DNA of 64,000 bases from Eledone cirrhosa (taxonomy: Eukaryota): contig OZ024762.1 of the NCBI GenBank assembly GCA_964016885.1, positions 12,586,001 to 12,650,000 on the forward strand. The letters are read 5' to 3'. A program made the position numbers and the translations under genes. This document shows, piece after piece, positions 41,997-54,015 of this stretch (the stretch's first letter is position 1; every line of letters begins with the position of its first letter). The notes under the pieces were generated by a model. That model was not told the origin of the DNA. It ran no database searches and saw nothing but the letters and a program-made list of their open reading frames with translations.

Positions 41997-42834
41997 ATAT
42001 ATATGTATACATATATGTATACATGCGTATATATATATATTTGTATTTTACGATTATGTGATTGTTTAGCATCATACATGTGATATTTTATCTGAGGAGG
42101 ACATGTTTTACACATGAACCTGGCATCTTCGAAATATAATGAAATAAATAGAGATGATATAAAGTATATATCTTTGTTTATTACTTTATATATATATATA
42201 TGATAAAGAACACAAGAGCGTCTACAACATCAAACATTTTTTATTGGCTTACAATGTTTCTTCCTTACGTAACCGTATATATATATATATATATATATAT
42301 ATGTAGATAAATCTACCAAGAGTTTACGGTAGTGTCCAATCCGTATGAAGAACTCAATGTATTCCGGATATCATGGAAAGAAGAGATGTAATGAAAAATC
42401 ACTTTCGGTGAAAGATAAACGGTATACAGAGTCAAGATAAAATATTAAACAAATAATCAATAAACAATGAAACAGTTCCTTATATTAAACAAAAAAAGTT
42501 CATTATTTAACGATCGTGATCTGTTGAATATGCATGCCAATTCTAACACATATATATCCTAGAAACGATCGTTAAATAATGAACTTTTTTTGTTTAATAT
42601 AAGGAACTGTTTCATTGTTTATTCATTATTTGTTTAATATTTTATATATATATATATACATTATCTCTTCATAATGTATTTTTAACTCTGATACTGGTTC
42701 AGTCTAGTTCAACTGAATTGGTCTGTCCCGGTTATTCATTGAGCAACATCGGTGAAGTTGGCACCCTTAACTCACAGTTGGGTGCGGATGCATTCATGTA
42801 TATATGTGTGTGTCCGCATGTATCTGTGTGTTTC

Positions 42835-42896
<62 letters not shown>

Positions 42897-42936
42897 CAAA
42901 TAACGAAACGAAATATATATATATATATATATATAC

Positions 42937-43257
42937 CAGCGGCGAAGTGTCCGTGCATGCGTTATAGAATCTTGAGTTGATCAATTGCGTCGGTTGAGGC
43001 AAGCAGAATTTTGGGTGCTTACTAAATCGTAGACACATAAAAAGATAACACACACACACTAGATAACACACACATACACACTAGATAACACACACATACA
43101 CAAGATAACACTAATATGCGGCCTTGACCGGGAGGGTCAAAGCCGTATATTTGATTTAGAGGGAATGGGGGGGGGGGGGGGTAAGGCTGCACAGCCCCAC
43201 TTTCCGCCATGGCGATTGGACTGCATGCCCTGCTTTCCAGGCTACCCTTCGCCACTG
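42937..43257. mobile_element. Short-TIR (hAT-like) MITE
   Basis: CAGCGGCGAAG ... CTTCGCCACTG termini between TA tracts. Confidence 0.4.
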
Positions 43258-43377
43258 ATATATACATGTATATATATATATATATATAAAAGGAATTCCA
43301 ATTTTGTATGATTTACTCGTTTTATTTATAATCCTTTAAAATTATAATGATATTATAATAGAATATTAAATGTTAAT

Positions 43378-43416
43378 TGAACAAGTACTTTCATGCTTTC
43401 GAAATCTTCAGGTTCA
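43378..43416 (-). ncRNA. Minimal type-I hammerhead ribozyme motif in the PLE 3' repeat (stem II damaged)
   Basis: Minus strand reads TGAAC-CTGAAGA-tttcgaaagcat-GAAA-GTAC-TT-GTTCA. Stem I is TGAAC/GTTCA and stem III is the palindrome AAGTACTT. Confidence 0.65.
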
Positions 43417-43822
43417 TATTCTGTGGTGACAGTCAAGTTTGCAATTTTCAACTGTAATGAGATGGCTAAAATCTGTGCCTTATATACAGTAAAAAGGGGC
43501 TACAGAATGCTAAGTTTTGCTAACTGTATTTTGACCAATCGGTGTGTAGTTGCACTGGATTACTAAAGCTGATTGGTTTAGGCATCACGGTTGGTTGAGC
43601 ATTTCTAACGACTTCTATTTGATCCTATCCAAAGCATCAATTGTTTTGCTATTTTTAGGAATGATGAAAATAGCATTTTCTAGGGTTTTCATAAAAAAAT
43701 GTCTTCAGTAATCATCACCATCAACATCACTTTTATTATTATTATTGTTGTTGTTAGTGGTGGTAGTCGACATGGTCGTAGTCATAGTAGAAGTAATACC
43801 CCTAAGCATTATTATTGTTCAA

Positions 43823-44015
43823 GGGCGGTGGATTGGCAGTATCGGTAGAGGGTCGGACGCCATGCTTTCCAGCATAGTTACGTCCCTTTACGATCTGAGT
43901 TCAAATTCCCACCGAGGTTGACTTTGCCTTTCATCCTTACGAGGTCGATAAAATAAAGTACCAGTAATGCACTGGGTAATTGCTGGCCTTGTGCCTAAAG
44001 TAGAAACAATTATTA
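43823..44015 (+). mobile_element. tRNA-derived SINE family A (~190 bp), representative copy
   Basis: A-box TGGCAGTATCGG, B-box GAGTTCAAAT, central GCCTTTCATCC..GGTCGATAAAATAAAGTACCAG and an (ATT)n tail. Other copies: 508-651(-), 7525-7720(+), 11803-11987(-), 18083-18180(+), 35090-35283(-), 36517-36708(+), 37089-37283(-), 37309-37417(-), 48135-48325(+), 50237-50396(+), 53514-53692(+). Confidence 0.85.
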
Positions 44016-47000
44016 TTGTTCATTTAGCTTGGGTTGGAATTTATCAATAAAATTCTTTTCTTTAATTTTTCTCTTGATTTCACTTGGGCTGTGTAATTTG
44101 TAGAATGGAAATATAAATATTCTCTTACCACATGCTGCTAGATGGTTACTCAGGGGTATCTGACAGACGTTTGGGTCTCTGATTTGCTGTCGGTGCACCC
44201 GTGCACGTTCCGATAGTGCATTTCCAGTTTGACCGACATATAGTTCTTCACAATTCAGGCATTTAATGCAGTAAATTAGATTTCTGCTTTTGCAGTTCAT
44301 ATTTGCATTTGGGAATATTTTTCCAGGTTTTGTGTTCATATATTGACCAGTGTGTATGGATTGACATGTGCCACATCGACTATCATTGCATTTAGATACA
44401 GTGAATGATTGGTCTTTGTTGTTAAGATCAAACTTTGCCTTTGTTAGTAATTGCTTCAAATTTTTCAGCTGTCTTTTACTAAGAGTCAAAGATCGGTCTG
44501 TGATTAAACCTTTTAATTCCTTACTTTGAGCAATGATCGGTAGATTTGCTTTGGCAGTGTTGAAGATATTCTGGTGACATGGGTTGTGTGTCATTATAAA
44601 TGGTATGACCAGTTCTTGGTTTCTTCTTCTTTGGGTTGTCCTAAGTTGTATAGATATTTTTATAGCCTGCTGTATGCCATTTTCTATAAGTAGAGATGGG
44701 TATTTTTGTTTGAGCAAAAATTCTCTCAGTTCTGTTAGGCATTTGTTTCTGGTATTCGTATCTTCTACAATGGTACAAATTCTTCTGGCTAGGCAGTATG
44801 GGATGTTGCGTTTTGTATGAGGTGGATGGCACAACTTAAAATTCAGATATTGATGGGTGTCTTTGTGTTTATAATATATATCCATGGTAATGGTGGTGTC
44901 GTTTTTGATTACCATTATATCTAGGAATGGTAATTTGGTACTACTCATCTCTTTTGTGAATTGGAGAGATGGGTGTAGGTTATTCAGGAGGATATTGAAC
45001 TCATCCAGAGTATCTAGAGATTCTGTCCAGATGATGAAACAGTCATCAAGGTATCTCTTCCAAGACTTTTCAATGTACTTTCTAAAGTCAGTGCTATATT
45101 TTTCCTCTATTTCTTGGTAGAGTTGTTGTTCTAAGTATCCCATTACAGAGTTCGCGTAAATGGGAGCAAACTTCGTTCCCATCGCTGTGCCTCTAATTTG
45201 GATGTAATTCATTCCATTGAAGAAGAAAGTGTTGTTTTCCAGAATAAGTTTGACTGCGTCTAATATAAATGGCGCTGTGAATCTGGTGGGAATCACTTCT
45301 CTGTTTTTCCACCCAGTATTTAACCGCCTTTATTCCTAAATCATGTGTAACGTTGGTGTAAAGGCTTACCACATCAAAACTAAGTAGAAGTGAATTCGTT
45401 TCCGTGGTTTTGGGAAGATGGGACAGGAAGTTGATATCATACCGGATGAAACTGTGTATGTGAATACATAGTGGTTTCAAAATAATGTCAACAAAATTGC
45501 TTAGACGGTGGGTAGGGCATGTTGGACCAGCTATAATAGGTCTAAGTTTTAAGTCTTTTGGGTGTAGTAATTTAATGTACTCACTGTTTTGTTCTTTTAC
45601 TGCCAGTTGGATTTCTGTTGACTTATGAACTTTCGGTAGGCCATAGAGGTTGCTGGGTTTTGGCTCAAAATTGGTGATGTAGTCTCTTTCCTTATCAGTA
45701 AGTGAGTTGTAGTATTTTGAAGCCAGGTTGTTGATCTTCTTCATGATGTTGTGGTCTATATTTGACGGTATTTCATGATAGAATGTTGTGTCTTTCAGTT
45801 GTTCCTCAACCAAATCTTTGTACTATTCAGCATCCATTATAACAATTGCAACCCCTTTATCTGCTTGTTTAATTATTATTGTTTTATCATTTTGTATACG
45901 TTTAAGTGCAGACATTTCCAATTTGTTAATGTTTGGCCTAACATTAGTATTATGTCTCAGAGGAAATTTAGACAGGATGTCAATGTATTGGTCGAGATAG
46001 ATATTTCTTCCTTTTGGCAGAGTGAAATTTGATTTATTCTTTACTAGTGATTCATCACTCTCATTGCTTTTATCAGCGAAGAATTCAACAAGTCGTAATT
46101 TTTGACAGAATTCTTGGGTATCCTCCTTCAGTTTTTGGTGGTTGACTGTTGGAGTTGGTGTGAATTTCAGTCCTTTTGACAAGATTTGCATTTCATCATT
46201 GTCAAGATCTCTTTTGGATAAATTAATTATTTTAAGATCTACATGTTTAGTTGTTTTGGGTATGTTTCTGCCTGGAGTTTTTCTTTTTCCGGTTTTTGTT
46301 GTCCTGACGTTAAAAAATGGATTTTTCTCTGTTCAGGATTTATATTTCTGTTGGTGTTTGCTTGATGAACTTTTGGTTGTGATATTATATTTAGTTTCGT
46401 TATGTTTTTTGTCCTATTTTTGGTATTATGTGTATTATTTTTCCATTTCTTGTTAGCATTATTTTTAACAATCTGGGAAAATGACCTAGGTTTGCTTTCA
46501 GGTTTAGATCGTTTTTTCGCCCAGTTTCTTGTGGGTAATCTCTGTTGAGATCTTGAGAGTGATCTGGTTATTCTACGGTTTTTTTCCCCTGTTCCTTGTG
46601 GGTAGTCTCTGTTGAGATCTTGAAAATGATCTCCTAGTTTTTCTACTTCTATCGTGTTTGTGCTTTTTGTTCATATTGTGTGCGTTAGGGTGTTTTTGTA
46701 GAAAAAGCGAAGAGAGTTCTTACCGTAGTTCTTCTTTGATTCAAGGTAAGGTGAGTGTTTGTGTTGCCACGTGTTCTAGTGTATGTTGTGTTGGCGAGAT
46801 TGTCCACTTTTAATGCTTTTTCTCAGAGTTCCAGAGTCTTTACCGTAATTTACAGGATATTCGTCGAGAAATAATTGTTTCTGCTGCCATACCTTTCTTG
46901 ATTTGTTTTCTTCTTTTGAGATATCTCTGATCCATAGTTCTCGTAGTTTTTCAGCTATATTACCAGTCGTTAGCTTTGAAATTTCGACTTCAATTTGGTC

Positions 47001-47456
47001 ATCGATAGCTTCGTATTTGGCTTTGTAGCGGGATTGTTTACATTGAGAAATAGAGATGTCGGTCCTGAATTTTGTCAATGTAAGTTCCCATCGGAGTTTC
47101 GTTTCTTCTTCTGGTTCTCCTGCAATTTCTGTAATTAGGTATTTACGAGGGAGTATGGGTGCCGTTAGAGAGAGCCATTTCGAATGTGTTTCAACATATT
47201 TTTCGCATTTGTATGCTTTCCAGAAGTTTTGTTTTCTTATGTTAAGAAATTTTTTCCATGTCTTCCACATTTCTTTTCTTATTCGATGTGTTTTGTTTTC
47301 CAAATTTCTTTTGTTTAGTTCTGACATCCAAGGGAGTTGTGGTAGGCTTTCTCTTGTATCTTTGATAACTGTTGGCATAATTTCAGAGTTTATATGTTCA
47401 GTTATAAGTTTTCCGTCTGTAGATTGTTTTTCTATTTCCTTTAAGGTATGTGTCAA
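44013..47456 (-). pseudogene. Penelope-like polyprotein pseudogene (pieces 46776-47456, 45823-46191, 45193-45813, 44013-45296)
   Basis: Collinear PLE motifs broken by stops and frameshifts. Confidence 0.88.
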
Positions 47457-47556
47457 TCATCGTGATAAGTGTTTATAATTTTGATGATATCTCCTTTAGA
47501 ATTCTTTCTGATTCTGTTGATTTCATTTGTTGCTTTCCATATATATATATATATAA

Positions 47557-48448
47557 TATATTCATTAGTTAAGCAAAACAAGACCACAAATTTCACAAGG
47601 AAGACATTATTAAAAGATTGTCAACATAGTTTTAGTTTGATGTAAGGAATGTAGAGAATAATAATAATAATATTAATAATAATAATGTCCGTTTACAATT
47701 GTTTCACTACTCCATATAATGTTTCTGGATCAAATGATTATAGATCATTATTGATCTGGTTCAGTTGAAAATAATTAACTTAGGTACAATTAGAGCAACC
47801 CATCGGAACTTCAAAAGGAATATAAATTAAAATAAGGAAAGAATGTTACATGAATGTAATGTTACATATATTGGTATTTCACTATGGTGTCCTGGGTATA
47901 TCTATTGTCTGCCATAGTCGAGCAACCCAGGACACCATAGTGAAATACCAATATATGGAACATTACATTCATGTAACATTCTTTCCCTATTTTAATTTAT
48001 ATTCCTTTTGAAGTTCTGATGAGCTGCTCTAATTATATCTAAGTTAATTATTTTCAACTGAACCAGATCAATCATGATCCAGAAACATTATATGGAGTAG
48101 TGAAACAATTGTAAACGGACATTATTATTATTAAGGGCGGTGGATTGGCAGTATCGGTAGAGGGTCGGACGCCATGCTTTCCAGCATAGTTACGTCCCTT
48201 TACGATCTGAGTTCAGTTTCCGCCGAGGTTGACTTTGCCTTTCATCCTTACGGGGTAGATAAAATAAAGTACCAGTAATACACTGGGTAATTGCTGGCCT
48301 TGTGCCTAAAGTAGAAACAATTATTATTATTAATATTATTATTATTATTCTCTACATTCCTTACATCAAACTAAAACTATGTTGACAATCTTTTAATAAT
48401 GTCTTCCTGGTGAAATTTGTGGTCTTGTTTTGCTTAACTAATGAATAT
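47557..48448. repeat. Inverted repeat with ~340-bp arms and a SINE inserted in the right arm
   Basis: 47557-47896 is mirrored by 47925-48448 apart from the SINE at 48135-48325. Confidence 0.85.
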
Positions 48449-49359
48449 TTCCAGCTCTGTGCACCTAACCTCTGCATGAACCCAGCCACCTAGCTGCCTT
48501 CCACTGCATATTGCACATTGAGCACATGCCTTTACGCTTTGGCTTCTAACTAATTCACCAATCTCTCGTCTCCTCTCCTATCTCCTCTCCTATCACCATC
48601 TCTCTCTTTAAGATTGGTTACTCCTGAACTGTGTATCATCATTTCATCATCATTTCATTTTACGTCCGCTTTTCCCTGCTTGCAAGGGTGGGACGGGAAC
48701 TGATTCTGGCTTGATTTCTACAGCTGGATGCCCTTCCTAACACCAACCTCATTTACAGTGAGTGCTGGGTGCTTTTTTTCCGTGGCACCTCCACGACCAC
48801 TTTGCAGTGGAATGATAGGGACCCCAGTCCCTCTCATCTCATTTCTACAGCTGAGTAAACTATATATATAGAGAGAGAGAAAGTGAACAACACAAAATAT
48901 AACTACTCCATTCCCAAAGGTTTCTGGATCCCAGACAATATTAATATTGGAGTAGTATATTTTGTGTTGTTTACTTTCTAATCAAATAGCTCTGTTACAT
49001 ACATAAGGCACTCCTTTTTCGTTCGGAATTACCTAACACCCACACATATATATATATTTGAAACTGTGACCTAATAATTGACAATAGACAGTAATTATAA
49101 TTTCTATGAGATAACAACTAATGGAGAGTGAAGGAAAAAAATAAATAAATAAAAGGAATGTGGAGGAGAAGTTGTCATGGAAAGGTAAAGGTAAGAGGAA
49201 GCCACCCACTCAATAACACAACATTAGGTTCATTATATATACATATGTGTGTATCCTAGGAGGGATGGGCTCCACCAGGTTTTAAATGTGTTCAAGAAAT
49301 GTATTGACATACGCTACCACTGTATTAAGAATTATGGGCTTGTACAATATATATATTAT

Positions 49360-49965
49360 CTAGCTGAATTACCCGCGCCTTGCGTTTCACACATTATTTT
49401 GGTAAGAAAATAATGATTGATTTTAAATCAGTGATATAATTTATGGAGAAAAACTCTGCATTTCAATATTACTCAATGTAAAATGTAATGCATGAAAAAT
49501 TAGAAAACATTTTTTTTTGTAATATATCAAATCAAAATTACATTATTAAATCTTATTCTTATTTTGTTTCTTGTAAATAATTTTTTTCAAAATATCAATT
49601 TAAAACTTGATCATTTAATTTTTGTGTAAAGCATTATTTTCAAATTAAAAATTCAAAGTTCCAAAATTTTCACTATAGGGGGTTTAACTCCCATTAGGGT
49701 GTCTTAATATTATTTAAATTTGCTGAAATTTTGTGAATAGGCATCATATCTTGTCATTTACCTATGGTTTAAATTTCCTATAAATCGAAGAGACAGCAGG
49801 TGGTTTGTGCCCCCGGGGAACCCTTTGATTAAAATGAAATATACTTATCCAAGTACCCTGGGCAATGTAGTTTCAGAATATATATGGTTATGGGGGTCTG
49901 TCTCTAAAAGTGGAGGTGTTTGTGAACAAACAAACAAACAGGAACTACAACTTTATATATATAGA
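49360..49965 (-). mobile_element. Non-autonomous Helitron-like element
   Basis: Minus strand starts TCTATATATATAAAG and ends ACGCAAGGCGCGGGTAATTCAGCTAG. Confidence 0.5.
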
Positions 49966-49987
49966 TGTATATACATGTATGTATATA

Positions 49988-50031
<44 letters not shown>

Positions 50032-50749
50032 GGGAAGTAAGGTTCTGTACAAAACAGTTGATATAGAGAAAAGGTGAAGTTGGAAATAGCATGGAAAATA
50101 TATCTTAGGGTCTGTTTTTCTTTTTTAATCCTTTCTTTGATTCATCAAAGTGACATTATTGAAAAGATGACATTATTGAAAAAATGAGGGACAATTCTTT
50201 TTAAAAAAAGTTTTATAATGTATATAAAGTATTACTGGGGTCGGACGCCATGCTTTCCAGCATAGTTACGTCCCTTTACGATCTGAGTTCAAATCCCGCC
50301 GAGGTTGACTTTGCCTTTCATCCTTACGGGGTCGATAAAGTACCAGTAATGCACTGGGTAATTGCTGGCCTTGTGCCTAAAGTAGAGACAATTATTAAAA
50401 TTCATCTTATCACATATTGAGTATTGAATTAAAAATTAAAAAGAATTAATAGTAGTTAAAAACTAAAAATTAAAGATTTTAAATTAAAATCAAATGTTGG
50501 AGTAAGTTTTCTTCCATTTGTCTTGCTCAAAATTTGGTGGAAGTGAAGATAGCAGCAGCTGTGTTTCTTCACAGAACAATGTTTGTTTTTTGAGAACATC
50601 CTGTAAATATGTGTGTATATTTGATTGTCTTAATTGACACAATCAGATATAAACACAGCTGCTGCTATCTTCGCTACCACCAAATTTTGAGCAAGAAAGA
50701 TGGAAGAAAACTTACTCCAACATTTGATTTCAATTTTAAATCATGGGTA

Positions 50750-50935
50750 GTCTAGTATTATATTTTCATGGTAAACACTTTATCTCACATAATATCAAAT
50801 CTATGAGATTTTGATATTATTTATTTTGAGAACTACACCTTAACATAAGTATGAGCAGCCAGTTATGGCTGGTTTAAACAGAAAGAGGTGAGAGGATTCT
50901 GGCTGGATACGACCGGTTTAAATGCTTAAGAGTTA
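50750..50935 (-). mobile_element. piggyBac MITE, partial
   Basis: Reverse complement of the MITE body. Confidence 0.65.
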
Positions 50936-51054
50936 CAACCCTCTAAATGGAAAAGGATAAGTATTGACGTACATGTATATCAATACTTAACCTTTTCTAT
51001 TTTAGAGGGTTTTACCCCACTTAACTTTCTCTGGTCACAATATGGCAAATGCTT

Positions 51055-51527
51055 CATCATCATCATCGTCATCATCATCACCGTTTTACGTCCGTTCTTC
51101 CACGCTAGCATGGGTTAGACGGGTTGTCCTGTTGTGGTATAAAACAATTTCCAAGACTGGAATTACTGGAGCACTAATATAAGGTTTAGCGACTCTTATA
51201 TATCGAGTATTATGCCAAAAACAAGGTATTTGAAATGAAACCAATATTTGCATCTTGCTCATACAGGAACTGATTTGGCTTGATTTCTACAGCTGGATGC
51301 CCTTCCTAACACCAACCTCATTTACAGTGAGTGCTGGGTGCTTTTTCGTGGCGCCTACACGTCCACTTTACAGTGTGGGCTGGGTGCTTTTTTACCGTGG
51401 CACCTCCACGACCACCTTGCGGTGGGGGAGGGGGGGGGGCATATTGTCTATATGCTTCAGCTTGTACCCATGGGAGGTCGGGTACTCTGTATTACTGCGT
51501 GACGCCAAAGGTCACGGTCGTGTGTCA
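51055..51527 (-). mobile_element. RTE 3' fragment carrying a 121-bp piggyBac-derived patch
   Basis: Matches 30243-30600 in reverse except for 51135-51255. Confidence 0.85.
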
Positions 51528-51629
51528 TTGCCTTCTATTTACTAAACTATTTTCAAACTTTGCTCTCCATCTTCAAAACAAAAACTCTTGCTTTATAACA
51601 ATAATTACTTAAAATTTTATCTTCTGCAG

Positions 51630-51725
51630 AGTTACAAAAAGAAAAGAAAGATGCTGAACGAAAGAAAAAATATACGGAAGTGTCTGAGTTGTGTAACTTA
51701 ATTGGAGAAATTTACAGAAAATCTG
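51630..51725 (+). CDS. TONSL: Tonsoku-like protein, exon 2
   Basis: TGCAG acceptor and GTATG donor, 96 nt, phase 1-1. LQKEKKDAERKKKYTEVSELCNLIGEIYRKSG resembles the TONSL N-terminal TPR start. Confidence 0.85.
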
Positions 51726-52363
51726 GTATGTGGGTTTTCTCATAAGGGGGCTGGGGTATTTTCTGACAGGGTTTGTAGGGACTTTCATAAGGGGGCTGGA
51801 ACATTTTCTGACAGGGTGTATAAATGTCTGTATGTATGCATGTGAGTGGATGTATGTGTGAGTGTATGGTAGTGTATGTGAGTGAATGTATGTGTGAGTG
51901 TATGGTAGTGTATGTGTGTGTGTGTGTATGTAGTGTATGTGGTGGTGATGATGACAGCCACCACATCAGCTATAATAAACTTGATATATATGCAGCTTGT
52001 TAAACTAATTAATCATAACAGATACGGCATCCCACAACATCCAACAACACAGCTCCCAGCATCCCACAACACCCCACAACATTCCAACATCCCACAGCTC
52101 ACAGCATCCCACAGCTCCCAGCATCCCTCATTTGAAAGACATGTAAGTAAATTGAGTAGAAAAAAATAAACTCTTAAAGCTGTTTATTTAGATAGTAATG
52201 TCAGTAGATTCAAGTTGTAAACTATGTTAGTCCCTGCTTTTAAACAAAATGTTAAAATGTCATGAGAAATGCAGTGACGTAGAGATTTTGATGGATATCA
52301 CAGATCAAGTTTAACAAAAAAAAAAAAAAAAGATTTACATAGACATAGCTGTACAGCTATGAT

Positions 52364-52930
52364 ACAGCTCCGATACTATGGAGGATGTGGTTAGAATGTC
52401 TCAGGAAAGAACACTGGAGAGTCACTCCAGATAGAGCCATCACAGCTCCGATACTATGGAGGACATGTGGTTAGAATGTCTCAGGAAAGAATCACTGGAG
52501 AATCACTCCAGGTAGAGCCGCTACTTCTCTGAATTGAGAGATCACAGCTCTGATACTATGGACATGTGGTTAGAATGTCTCAGGAAAGAATCACTGGACA
52601 GGTTTGTAGCTCGGAGATGAGAGAGTCACTCCAGGTAGAGCCACTACTTCTCCGAAGTGAGAGATCACAGCTCTGATACTATGGACATGTGGTTAGAATG
52701 TCTTAGGAAAGAATCACTGGACAGATTTTACGAGCAAATCCAACTGGCAGGAGACTCAGGGGTAGACCCTGAGCAAGATGGTTGGATAGCATCCATGAGC
52801 TTGGCTGGTCTCACTTAGGGATCCAGCCAGATCAGTTGCAGATGGTTGCTTCTGACAGGACCCACTGGAAGGTGTGTTTGAGGACTCTGACCTCGACGAC
52901 GCTCTCAGGAATAAGTAGGAGAAGAAGAAG
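52364..52930 (+). mobile_element. RTE-like LINE 3' fragment with 4 tandem copies of its QLRYYGHVVRM segment
   Basis: CAGCTCTGATACTATGGACATGTGGTTAGAATG is repeated, then G-RRLRGRP-RW coding and a (GAA)n tail. Confidence 0.6.
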
Positions 52931-54015
52931 ATAGCTGTATTACAGGGTCATATTATACAAACCCCCAAAATAATACAGTGTATATATGTATCTAATGAAA
53001 GGCTTCCCAAACTTTTTCAAACCTGGAGCCCCTTTTTTGGTTCAGAAATTTTTTTGGAGGAACCCCAAAGTCTAATACTGTTATATGGTTGTAATATAAA
53101 TATACTCCTTTACCTTATTTCATGGAACTCCAGACACTCCTTTGCAGAAACTTTGGGTTCCATGGAATCCATTTTGGGAACCAAAGATCTAATGATTCTG
53201 GCTGAACCCATTAGGGGCAGATTTTTGGGTCATGAGTTTCTTTAGAGCTGAAGGACTGAACCTATTAGGGCAGATTTTTGGGTCAACGTTTCATTTGTTC
53301 TTGTATGTATCTCAGAAATTTTTACATTCTTTTGGTACTAGCCCCTACTGCACCACTAGCAATGGTGGTGTAGGTGGGGACTTACTTTTGCAGAGATATT
53401 CCACACGCTGAGGTTAATCTTGTCTTTTTCATCCTTATGGAGGTCGATAAAATAAAGTACCAGTAACGCTACATTGGGGTCGATGTGTGTTTTTTTTATC
53501 ATTCCCAGACGTATGGTGGATTGGCAGTATCGGTAGAGGGTCGGACGCCATGCTTTCCAGTATAGTTACGTCCCGAGTTCAAATCCCGCCGAGGTTAACT
53601 TTGCCTTTCATCCTTACGGGGTCAATAAAATAAAGTACCAGTAATGCACTGAGTAATTTGCTGGCCTTGTGCCAAAAGTAGAAACAATTATTATAGGTAC
53701 TAGCAGAAAAACCACCTTAGGGTGGTTTTCTGCTAGCATGTGTAGTGTGTATATTGATATTATACATGTAGATATGATACATCAAATAAAATCGTAATTG
53801 ACAATATAAAATACATAGAAATTGAACGAAGTCTATGTTACACTGTCTTATTTAATCAGTAACGTAATCCATGATACATTTAAAAAAAGACGATATTATA
53901 TATAAACTGCATTAGGAGAAAATTAGTGACGGAAATATATGCAATTATAAGTGTTATAATATAACGGCCGCTAACCGGAAGTGTTGACATTTGACAATTT
54001 TAAAGAAGTGAATCT

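Larger units (their letters stand above)
43288..47540 (-). mobile_element. Penelope-like retroelement (RT + GIY-YIG), decayed, in TONSL intron 1, bounded by (TA)n tracts
   Basis: Frameshifted ORF pieces: LSKGLKFTPTP, IIIKQADKG, LYGLPKVHK, LRPII, SFDVVSLYTN, GTAMG, RYLDD, LPFLD and NLIYCIKC...YVGQTG. A hammerhead motif and AATAAA lie in the 3' region. Confidence 0.92.

Noticed and set aside
53698-53738. Strong hairpin CTAGCAGAAAAACCACC-TTAG-GGTGGTTTTCTGCTAG as a terminator
   Set aside because: It lies in a eukaryotic intron and is more likely a Helitron/MITE end. The other end could not be defined.
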